From the NCBI GenBank assembly GCA_001642005.1, contig LWCA01000001.1, positions 1-64,000 on the forward strand: a stretch of DNA of 64,000 nt. Reading direction: 5' to 3'. The notes beneath the pieces are model-generated. The model saw only the letters and a list, made by a program, of their open reading frames with translations. It was not told the origin of the DNA and made no database searches. Shown in pieces: positions 52,801-64,000 of the stretch. This DNA is from Intoshia linei (lineage: Eukaryota; Animalia; Orthonectida). Position numbers and translations under genes: made by a program. Positions within the stretch are counted from its first letter, which is position 1, and the number at the start of each line of letters is the position of its first letter.

Positions 52801-54361
52801 ATTGGATCATAATAAAAGACAATAATTAGGAATTTAGATTTAATTAGTACTAATCACTACAACCCAGCCGCTGCGTCACCAAAATCGAAATCTACCCTTG
52901 AATACACGTGCATTGCACATTGTGCATAAATGTTTAAAAATTAATTTAATTTAGGGTTTCACAGTGCGATAAAAACTTGAAAATATCTGCATAATTAATG
53001 CGAAATAATTATTTGATAGGGATTAGAAACATAATTAAATTATATAGCTAATTGCTTTTGATAAAAAAATCAAACCCATTATGCCTCATACATGTATTAT
53101 AAATTATTATAAATAACGAATATTTATCGCAACTATAATGAGTGGATTAAATTACAAATAATAGATAAGTTCATCTCAAAAACAAGGAATATTAAATGAA
53201 TCTTTACAAGCAAATATAGATTTTCAATATTTTTAACAATACAAATATTGTATATGTAAACCTTATAAATAATTAATAATAAAAAAATCAATAACCAGTT
53301 AGGCCAATAATACAATGGTAACAGATGAATTTTATAAGAATAAATAAAAAATACTTAGATTTATCAAAAGACAACAATATGTTCTTTTTCTCTACCGCCT
53401 TATCATATCGTTTTTGCAGTTCAATAGCTTCTTTAGTAAAATGCTTATTTAAAAGTGTTTTTTTTAACGTTATTGCTTTTTTTGTTCCTAATTCAATTAT
53501 TTTCTTTTCTTTTTGGGTTGTAACCTTGATAAATATAAAATGTTAATATTATTAATGTACCAATTTTCCACAAAAAAGGCATGGACCAGAACCTTCCAGC
53601 TCACAGACAATTCTACCACAATTTAAACAATTTGAAATTAGCCGATGTTTTGAAGATTGACAATTACAGGGGTTTCTAACTAAACAAAATAATTATATTA
53701 AAACAACGATTTATTATCAATATAAAAATTACCTTTTTGCATTATCTTTCTGTCTTCTCAATAAATCAATAAACCTTTAGTCAAAGTAATGATATTTTAA
53801 TTATGGAGACGATAGAATAATCAACTTGGTGAAAATAACTAATAGACAAATTAATTAATATAAGCTCGACTATATGACAAAGACTTAATGAAAATATTCC
53901 CACTTTAACCTCACATCTGCAATAATGTTTATAGTAATATCACTCGTACATTGAATGTACGAGTCTTACGACCCGCCGCAGCGGGTCCGTCTTAAATACC
54001 ATGAAATTTTTGATTTGACTCATTAAACAATAAATTATTGTATCAATATACACCAAAATATGGATACTAAGCTGTAATGTTTAATATTGGGGTTGAAACT
54101 TTTATATACTATTTGTACTAGAAATACAACGAAAAGGTGATATTACAGTTTGGAATATTAGTTATAATTCGCTAATAAAAATTGAATGAATATAATAAAA
54201 AGACTCATTATTAATTTCTAAATATAAAAAATACAACATTACCTGTAATATCACTTTAATTAAGTGGCAATTGCACAATTTAATGAGAAAAGTATTTTAA
54301 ATAAAATAAAGTTACATAGAAACAATCCATTTTCAAGTGAATAATCCAATAAAGTTTGCAT
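49827..54361 (-). CDS. TRIP4: Activating signal cointegrator 1 (zf-C2HC5 + ASCH domain); start tentative
   Basis: PCNCQSSKHRLISNCLNCGRIVCELEGSGPCLFCG, RTVVIDDQMDYF..W and ASCH ISVKQPYASLIVHG..HRGRVWV. Confidence 0.9.
50664..50887. mobile_element. hAT MITE in a TRIP4 intron
   Basis: Ends cagtagttttcaacc / gattgaaaaccacta, perfect 8-bp TSD atatagaa, internal gcgacc repeats. Confidence 0.85.
51680..51880 (-). mobile_element. Helitron-like repeat copy
   Basis: Aligns by eye with 18925-19083 (ttttgacc.gtaagatgtga..tgggaggtt...ataaaattctaagac.ggtagttat). Confidence 0.55.
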
Positions 54362-54430
54362 TTTATAATTAATCTATAAAGTAGTTTGTAAATTACATTT
54401 TTTATTTTTATGTGATTTTAGTATGAAAAT

Positions 54431-57400
54431 ATGAAATTATTCCAGGTCATACCTGGCGCTGTTAGTGACAGTATCAAATGTTGCAGTGTAGGTTCATTTG
54501 GAACTTATAATTTTTTGGTATATTTACTTATTATGTTAAACCTTAACATTTAAATTCCTATTTATATAATTTGTATTGCTGAAATATTTTATAATCATGA
54601 TTAATATTTAAAAATTGTTGGATATAATTTTGGATTTAATTTGACTAGAATCAAAAACAGTATTGGAAGTTTATATATTTTAATATTTTCTACCAAGGCA
54701 CTGGTTGATAATCTATCTTTCTTTTAATTAAATTCATCATAATACCCATAAAAATTGTTTTATTAATTATCTTGAGTATTTTGCTGTAAGATGCACTACA
54801 CAACAAATTTTCTACGTGATTGTTATCTTTTTTCTTTTGAGATTTATTAATGCATTAATCAAAGTACAAATATGTAGTTTATACATGGTAAAATATGAAT
54901 TAATTTATCAATATATCTATGATAAATTGACATTACATTGAGCTTGAATTTCAGACATACTTTTGATGTAATTTACTTGATGTTGACACTGCAGATTTTC
55001 TATATTGCAGATTTGAGAATTTCTATATTTATCAACTACTGCATATGAAGTATATAACACGCAGTGTTAATATTTACTTCTAATATTTTTTGATTATTAC
55101 ATTTTCTGTAGGGTATTTATTATGATATAGGTAATATTTAATCAATTTTCGTAACTACTGTCACAATTATTCTTACTTTGTAATCATTTTGTTGGCGCCG
55201 TTTATAATGTTTACAAGTAATTATTTGTTATGTAATTAATTTTAGGCTTATTCGTGTGGGTCCAACACTTTTATATTGGATTCTTTATTCCATTGCCTCC
55301 AGTCCATAGATGAAAATGGTTGCAGTGTATTATCAGTAAGCTGTTCTAGATTTTCTGGAAAAATTATAATAATTGACTCTCAATTTGTGTCAATTTACGC
55401 TCCATATTCCGAAAATTTAGAAATTCCAACATGGGTAACAATAATGAAATTTGCGAACATTCATAAATTTGCTTCATCTTTTTGGAATATTGATGGAATA
55501 ACAATGTTATTGTACGGAACGGTCATTTATTTATACCGTTTAGCAATTACTTTTATAGACTGTGAAAATTATATAACAACAAATAATTTTGATGAAGAAT
55601 TTAGTACAGAATCACCTCATGACTTGGTTTGTGCAGTAAAAAGAACTGACAACGACCTCGAACGAATATATTTAAAATCTGATCAAGATTTAATTTTTGA
55701 TGAACTTAATTCAAATATTTTTAAAGATGCACCCTTTTTTATTGGTGAATCCAATAATTCAGAATCTGAAAGTGATAATTTAAGTAATAACAATGATTAC
55801 TTAATAAAATGGTATAAATGTGATTTTCACTATTTAGAAATGTATTGTGATACGCCAAAGGAATCGATAATAAAATGTTGTTTTGATCCGAGTGGATCAA
55901 TTATTGCGTGTCTTTATAAAAATTCTGATGATGTTTATTTGTTCTATGAACCTGAAACAAAATACAGCGAAAGTGACCCTAAAACATTTGTTTTGTCAAA
56001 TATTGTTTTAAATCACCCTCATACTATATTATCAATGTCTTGGAGAGAACAATCTGTTATATTTTGTTTGGATATTTTACCCACGCTTTTGACATCGGAA
56101 GAAACTGGTATATATAGAATTTGGAGTAGTGTTGTTTATACCGATTTTTATGAAAATGCTGATTATGAAAGTGAAATGTATTTTAGAAACAGTAAATACA
56201 AATCGTCTTCGAGGCTATGTGGCCATGAAGGACATTTGAATATTAATTACAAAAATTTAAATTATTGTGTTGTAGGAGTTTTAAATATTTCTACCTTTAT
56301 GGCACAGGAAATTAGTAATACTATTGATTTTGATAAAAATGAAAAAAACGATATTGTTGTTCATTGGATGAACAATAAGGCTTTGGAGCTGTCTTCTTCG
56401 TTGATGCAATTTAAATCTAAAATGTCGTCTTTAAAATTTAGTGATATTTTTTTGTATAGCGAAGCGTATATTGAAGATAAATTGGGAAGACGTAATTATT
56501 TGCGACTTTTAGATAATTGGACATGTGGAATAGATTGTTTTATTTCGTTTAGAAAAAGCGATGGATCCATAATTGTTTGGTTTGTTTATAATCTTGATAG
56601 AAGTCACAATATGGGACTTTCTAGTTCGTCGAATATTGTTTGCGCAATAATTATACCCCACGCAATTCCATATGCCATTTGTCAAACTATTCAAGCGGCT
56701 AGTATGACAACAATGATTGAAACGGCCACTTTTAATCAAAATAATAATCATTGGAAATATAATATTGTAACCAAACATAACGACGCTTCCATAAATTGCT
56801 GGAGATTAAGGGTTGAAAAACATTGTGTTCATAAAACGTATGATTTTCACAGTATTTCGCATTTTAAACAAATTTGCGGCCATTCCTTTCCACCAATCTT
56901 AGCAAATTGTCACCCAAATCTTCCCTATATTATTACCCTTTCTCGAAAAAATGACTCAACCTCTACGCGTCTTGAATCTAGTTTAATTTCTCCAAATTCA
57001 ACTTTAAATTGTAAAATTTACTCGGAGCTTATAATTTGGCACATTGACACTTTTCAATCGTTTAAGAAGGTTAAAGAAATGAAGCACATGTTAAAATTAC
57101 AACAAAATCAAAATGATGAAATTTTAACCGTTGAATGGTTCCCTGTAATTTTACCTTGCTTTATTTTAGACAAGGATGATGTGCAAGCGAATAATTTGTT
57201 ATTTGCTACAATTTCGAATTATGGAAAACTGAATGTTTTTTTAATTACTCTTAAACCCTTGGAAAAATTTAAACACAAAAATTTTAATTTGAATTACAAT
57301 CCAAATATATTTGTAAATTCTTGTTTTAAATATTCCAATGTTGTTAAAATTTTTACCTTTACTTTTACCAACGTCCAATCGATTGATTGTGTCAATTTTA

Positions 57401-60400
57401 TAATTTCTAAAACCAAAGAATCTACACAAAATGGCATAAAAACTTTTGAATTTATATTAAATGTCACCATCAATATAAATGAAATACAAACCATGTTTTT
57501 ACAGAAATGTAGTCTAATGTACAGAACTAATCGTTCCCAGAAAATTGAATGTTTTAATCAAAAAATCCCGGGATTATTCATGGAATTTTCTGAATTTGTA
57601 ACTAAATGTGAAAGTTGCCCGAAACCTTGTATATTTGCTTATCATTCCCCAAGCACATTTTACATTCCATACCTCCCAAACTTTTTTGATTTTTGCCTAT
57701 ATAATCCTCAAAGTTTAATCGTTCAGTTTTTTAAATATTTGACTCCTGAATTGGATTTAAAACTAATAAATACCATTAATGTGGAAGAAAATATTTTGCA
57801 TTTAAAGCTGGCTAATTGTAAATTATTGGTCACTATTTCCAAAAATTTAAATTGTTCATTTTTTCACATAACTATTTATAAACACATTTACGATAAAAAC
57901 GTTAATTCTCAATGGATAATTAATGATTTGATTGAATTAAAAGAAGAAATGAAAATGCATCCTTCTAACAATTTTAATTACGTCCAATCCAAAATTGCTA
58001 TAGATTGGTTCAATGATGTGTACGGGGAAAATATACTCATTGTGTATATTAATAACAAAATTTTATTATTTTCTCAATATTCTGATAAAGACTCTGTTGA
58101 CGATGACCACTATTTGCAAAAAGATGTGTATACAAATATTTTCAATTCAACTCAAAAAATTGATTCCAATTGTATAAAAATTGATGAAAATCCAATGTTG
58201 ATCAAGTATAGACGTGGTATTTTTAGTAGTAAAACTTATAACTCTCTCATGAGTTGTACTTTATCTAACCATTTGGTTGAAACTAAAGAACCGGTTTCAG
58301 CACTTTTTGTAGTTACCAGTAAATATAATCTTTGGAAACTTTTACAAGAGGAAAAATTGCCGGATCATAATTTATTTAAATTTTTAAATTCACAAAAATC
58401 TAAATGTAATTTTGATGGAACTAAAAAATTTACATGTATTGTTAATGGAAATGTTTTGATTGTTAATGAAAAAAATGAAATTTTGTTGTATTATTCTTTT
58501 CAGTCTAAACTTAACTTACAAAAATACAAAATTTACCGGTCCATAGATTATCCTAATAACACACTTGCCAAGTATAAAATGGTTCATTTATCTCAAATTC
58601 ACCCTACCTATTTATTATTATTATTGAAACTAAATTTAACAAATTCTTTTAAAACAATAATGGCACAATTTCAAATTTTTATTCAAAATGGTTCTGAATT
58701 GAATCCAACGTCTATTTTTACCATTTTTTCTGATTTAGCCGGTCAATTGCATTTTTCAGGTGAAATTGTTAATTTTGAAGATAAATTTGAAGAATTTATT
58801 AAAATTTCTCATTTGTTTAATCAACATGAATCAAGTTTGTTCAAAAGTATACAATCTCATTGTCTGGGTCCAGGTTTAAAGGGTTTGAATGGTAATGGTG
58901 TTTTTCCAATTTTGATGTCTTCGTTTTTATTGGATATTTATGATAAACGATTAGATTTGGTTGATTTCAATTGTTTTTCTAATTCTCTCTTGTGTTGGCA
59001 GTATTTATATTCTTCTGAAGATGAAATATTACAACAATTTCCTCAAATTAATGATAAAAATATTACATGGGAACATTTAAAACATTTGGGTGTCGGATTT
59101 TGGTCAACGAATTTGGAATATATTAAAAAAATTATACTTGTCATTGCGAGAAATGAATTTAAAAAGAATAATAATCCAATGGATTCAGCTTTGTTTTATA
59201 TTTTGCTAAAAAAGAAAAATACACTTGCAGCCTTATATAGATCTCAAAAGAAGGACATAATGGCTAAATTTTTTTCATCAGATTTTGAAAACCATGATTG
59301 TAAACGTAAAGCTTTAAAAAATGCGTATGCTATGTTGGGTCGTCAAAATTTTTACTACAGTGTAGCATTTTTCCTGGTATCAAACCGAATAAAAGACGCA
59401 ATAAAAGTGTGTATCGACAACCTCTATGATATTAATTTGGCATTAATAATAAGTAGGTTGTATCCATGCTCAGACTTTGATCAAAATGGTTTAATTGTCA
59501 CTTGTTTGGACGATTGGACGAAATTCAATAAAATGAATCTACAAAACAAACAAAAATTCAAAAATCAAAATAATTCAAAATTGGTGGACATATTTCTACC
59601 TTTAATGTGTTTCTGGGTTCAAAATCAGTACGTTCTATCACTAGAATATTTATTTGAATGTATATTAATCAAATATGATGATAAATATTGGCAAAGTATT
59701 TTTATGTACAATACAAGTAATTCGAATGAAATAAAGAATGACAATTACATTTTTGGTAATTTATACAATTGTTGTGTTTATGAATTGGTTGAAATAATGA
59801 CGTTGTATTTACATGTAAAAAAACTTATTAATAAAAAACCCAAATGTACTACAAAATTTTTTGTCACTGGATCGCAAGATTCAACTACATGTTGTGAAAA
59901 TTTTGTTTATTTGGAACGAAAATTTTTGATATTAATTTCACAAGTTTTTGATCGAATCAACCAACCTCACTACAGTTTGTTATTATTGATGAATTGTGAA
60001 TTTGATGTAAAACAAAATTTTGTTGAGGATAACTATAATTCCTTTATTTATTACAATATACACAATTCTCTTATAAATACAGTAACGAGCGAATTGGTTA
60101 ATTTTGACTGTTTAAATTATTCAAATAATGACAAGTCTTCCCTCATAGAATGCAATATTAAATTTCAAGATTGGTTGGTATCCGTGTTTGATGTTTTTAC
60201 TAAATTTTTTTCATATATTAATTTGTTTACCGATATGGAGAAAGAACCAAACTTTCATAATCAAATGTGTCAAGTATTTTGTGGGTATGAATCTAAAAAC
60301 TGTAAATCGTTAAATGATTACAAGTTTGATGCGGATGTAAATTCTCATTGTTTTGGAATATTGCAATATTTTTTAAATTTTCTTGTATTCAACCAACTTA

Positions 60401-63400
60401 ATCTTAAATTTTCAAACCTGATCAACATTAGGGTTGCCATTATGCACCAAATGTACTCTATATTGAACAGTTGTGTCGATTCAGAGTGTAGTGGATCTTC
60501 GCCAAGTGTACTTAATGTCAATGTTACATTTTTTGCCATTAGTTGTTATGATTCTTTATCAACCGAATTTTCCTTTCTATCTTTTGTAGATTCTCTTTCC
60601 GACATGTCTTTTAGGCAAATTAGAATTGAAATATTGTCATTTTTGACGAATTACAAATTGGATTGTGTCAATTACAGAAGTGATGATGAAATTTTTAATT
60701 TTGAATTAACGTTTTGTCTTAATAGCGCTATATCTCAATTATTGGTAAATTTACCGTGCGATCCTAATCACAGATTTAATTTTTTGGAAAGTATCTACGC
60801 CAGTCAAACTACTCAATTTAATAGGGATATTATCGATGAAGATTTGAAGCGATTACAATCCAAAATGCATAGAAAAGAAATTTCTCGGTTAAATTCATTT
60901 CAGAGCGGCTCACAGGAGTATAGTTCAAAATTTGAAAAACTTTTTATTGAAAATTCATTTAATGTTTATTTTTTATTGAATATAAATGATATATTTCAAA
61001 ATAAACCAGAATGCACCAATGTTGAAAAGCTCAATATCATTAAACATATTGACAAAAATTACCCAATTTTTCTTCCAAATATTTTTAACATGTCAGTTTA
61101 TTTTTTTAACTTGTTTCTTTCGATACACTTTCCTCTCATTATTCAAGCTATCAAAATACGAAATTGTTGGCTGCTTTGTCAATTAATTTTTAAATCTATA
61201 TCCTATCAAGCCTTTATTCAAGTTTTTGGTAATTTTAAATTGGTCAACGACGAAACTTTTAAAAGTATATCCAACCCAATTTCTCATTTTGCGATTCAAT
61301 TGGAAGGTTAGATTTTTAATTTAATTTTTAATATTTTTTAGATGGTTCAAATTTGCATTTAATATACATTCCTAGTGAGAAATCGATATTGTCTTATTTG
61401 ATGGATAAGGTTTTTTATTTTTTTTCATTTCATATTTTTAGCCTATAATTTGTATTAATGATCTTATGACATTGTTGAATTCATATGATGATGATGGAGT
61501 TTTTCAGGATGAGTATCAAGGTTATTGCTGGAATTTACTCGTTTATGTCATTAGCAAACATTTTTTTACTGTATATAATCAATTTATCATTGATTCGAAT
61601 TTTTCTCATAATGGTTTTATTTATTTTTTTATTGCAACAATTTTAATTTATTAATTTTATTTAGAACTTAAACAGTTGTTATCTCAATTAAATTACATTT
61701 TAACTTGCGTTAGACAAGCCATGAACGAATTGGTTCATAATTTGGATCAATCTGAAGTTGACTTGGAAAAAACTAATTTGAATGTTTATAAACAAGAAAA
61801 TAAACTGTCCTGGGACCAATTACTTCAAGTTGTAGAAAAAGACGAGTATAATCCTTTCTCGAGTTTGAAATCAAGGTATGATATTCAATATTTTTCATGA
61901 ATTAGTGACTTTAATTTTGAAATATCAAAGGATGGGATCATGTTTTAGGTTTTTATTTAATTTTTTATATGCTGAGAAGGCAAGGTGACAAATTTTTGAT
62001 ATAGAATATAAATTTTGGATTTAATGAGATTTCAAGAAAGATTTTATAATATTTTCTAAAATTTTTTAGTAATAAATATTTTTTTCAGTTTTTATCAAAT
62101 TTTCGTATATATTTATGGATATGTATTTCAGGAATAAAAACATTAATATATATCAAACTTTAAATATATTTTAGTTTTTATTAACAGTTTGAGTAATATT
62201 AATATTTTAGTTTGTAAACTTATTAAATTTTAGCTACGATAAAATGTCGAAATACGAATTATGGAAAATAATCATAGGCAAAAAGGAGTTTAAAAATGAT
62301 ATTTTACGTTATTTAATAAAAAATGATGTCATGTCAAAAATTGATACGCTTGATCTTTTTTCTGATCTAGAACCAGAAAAATCTGAAAGTAAAGTAAAAC
62401 TTATTGTACAAAATAAGGACGAAATCACTTCATTTTGTATTAATGATGTAATTTTTATTTTTATGCAGTCATTATTAAAGTTATAATGGGAACCCTTTAA
62501 GATGTTATAAAATAATTTTGATGATATGATTGTTCAAACCATTGTTTCTTAACAAGGGTCTACGTGTAATATTCTCTGAAAATAATCTCCAAAATATAAA
62601 GCTAGTGTAACGATCGGTTATAGACAAAGAGTTATCAGCATTTCTGTTTTATTACCATAACAATTACAAATTAGTTTATTTTTGTAAAATCGATTATTGC
62701 AAAGTTACCAGATGTTGGTATTCTTTCCCGAAGCCTGGGCGACCGCTAAATTGTTATTTTAAAAATCCCACTTTTATCCCACCATTAATAATATTTAATA
62801 AAAAATACTATTTCAAACCTGTTATGTAAAAATCCAATTTTACCAACCCTTAACCCTTAAGTTAAGGTAAAGTCTTTTTTCCTACATTTTTTGAAATCTT
62901 CGATTTTATCAAACCTTACGAGAAAAAACTATTAATCCAACGACAAAATAAAATACCAAAATTTTAGCAACCATGAAGGAAAAATCCCTTTTTTTGAATA
63001 TTTAGTTCTAAACATTAAAAATTTGTGAGAATCAAAAGCGTCATTGTATTCAGTTTATATTTTACAAATTAGTCATTTATATATTTAAAAAAAATTGCTG
63101 GTACCAGCAAATCGACCACCCTTAGTTATAGACGATTTTATTCATCTGGACACATTGAACCCTGATATCTACATTTATTTATTTGATTTTCTGTTAAAAT
63201 TAAAAAAATGAACAGTTTTTGTTACTAATTGTGTATTTTTTAAAATGAAGATGAGTCAAGTATTCTTTAGGCAGCCAGAGTGAATTTTGCAGAGTCTAGA
63301 CTAGAGTTTCAATTTTACCGACTTTTTCATTAGAGGTAATGATATTGAAACACTAGTCTAGACTCACTCAACTCAGTTTTTATAACAGATTTTACCTGAT

Positions 63401-64000
63401 TTTCGCTATATTAAACTATTTTATCATGTCATATATATAGTCATCACATAACTGATTTTTACTGCACGACAATGAAAATTTAGTTTAATTTTACCAAAAT
63501 TTGGTAAAAACCCTGTAATGATTTGATATTTGTAAAAAATTTACATTGAATTAAAACATGAAAATGTTGCAGTTACTTTTCTGTTTATTTGAACTATTAA
63601 TCAAAATTATAAAATCCAATTTTATATATTGTTACATCAAAATTTTAAATGACCTTGTTTATTATAATTTTTTTTAATTCTTTGATTGATGATGGATATA
63701 TTTTTTTAACATTGACAAAGAATATGCATAGCGTTGGTCTAAATTTTTATTATGATTATGTGATATTTTTTAACTAAAATTTATTTAGTTATCAAGCGTA
63801 ATTTTAATTTGGATTAATATTAATAACTTTTTATTTACATTAATATTTTCAGAATTTTTTCAAATATATTTCGTATTCAACTAATAAAAAAATTGTCGAA
63901 CTGGACATTAGCAATTTTTGCATATATCCTGATAACAACTTTGATCAACCAATGTAATTTATTTTGTAAGTCTATAATATTTCAAGCTTTGCTGCAAGAA
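54431..64000 (+). CDS. DMXL/Rabconnectin-3 alpha; continues beyond the window
   Basis: Exon 1 MKLFQVIPGAVS..CCSVGS|AYSCG matches the DMXL N-terminus. WD segments include VTKHNDASINCW and CGHSF..CHPNLPYIIT, and the Rav1p_C region reads LGVGFW...PMDSALFY...KALKNAYAMLGRQNF. Confidence 0.93.
63292..63365. repeat. 74-nt near-perfect hairpin in a DMXL intron
   Basis: gagtctagactagagtttcaat pairs with attgaaacactagtctagactc at 21 of 22 positions. Confidence 0.75.

Noticed and set aside
6957-64000. A trafficking 'cluster' of VAMP, rabphilin-like, VPS33 and Rabconnectin-3
   Set aside because: The genes are spread over 57 kb among unrelated housekeeping genes. The category is large, so chance co-occurrence is likely without synteny evidence.
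1-64000. CRISPR arrays, prokaryotic operons or an altered genetic code
   Set aside because: There are no repeat-spacer arrays. All genes are spliced eukaryotic types, and apparent in-frame stops are explained by introns or by decayed transposons and fragments.

Overview
Very AT-rich eukaryotic (metazoan) DNA from a compact genome. Most introns are tiny GT-AG introns of about 30-50 nt, and the longer ones are filled with DNA-transposon debris. The style fits a reduced-genome animal such as an orthonectid, but that is a guess. Splicing by eye and comparing with remembered family motifs gives these genes in order: the 3' end of an unidentified gene, RNGTT (-), CFAP53 (+) with a complete antisense VAMP/synaptobrevin gene inside intron 2, PSMA2 (+), CFAP410 (-), a divergent BBS8/TTC8 (+), a rabphilin/Noc2-like Rab effector with no room for C2 domains (-), SLC44/CTL (-), VPS33 (-), RPL37A (-), MRPL27 (+), intronless ISY1 (-), tRNA-Gly(TCC), GDE1-like (+), TRIP4/ASC-1 (-) and the 5' part of DMXL/Rabconnectin-3alpha (+) with one exon of about 6 kb. 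CFAP410, RPL37A, MRPL27 and most rabphilin-like exons are missing from the ORF track. Mobile DNA includes a decayed full-length Buster/SPIN-type hAT, several hAT MITEs with 8-bp TSDs, a pogo-like MITE, Tc1/Tc3 and piggyBac remnants, a foldback-like TACTGAC array family and a multi-copy Helitron-like family. I found no convincing new multi-gene system. The best leads are the nested SNARE gene, the C2-less rabphilin, the extremely tight divergent and convergent gene pairs, and the loss of conserved motifs in MRPL27 and TRIP4. No database searches were run.
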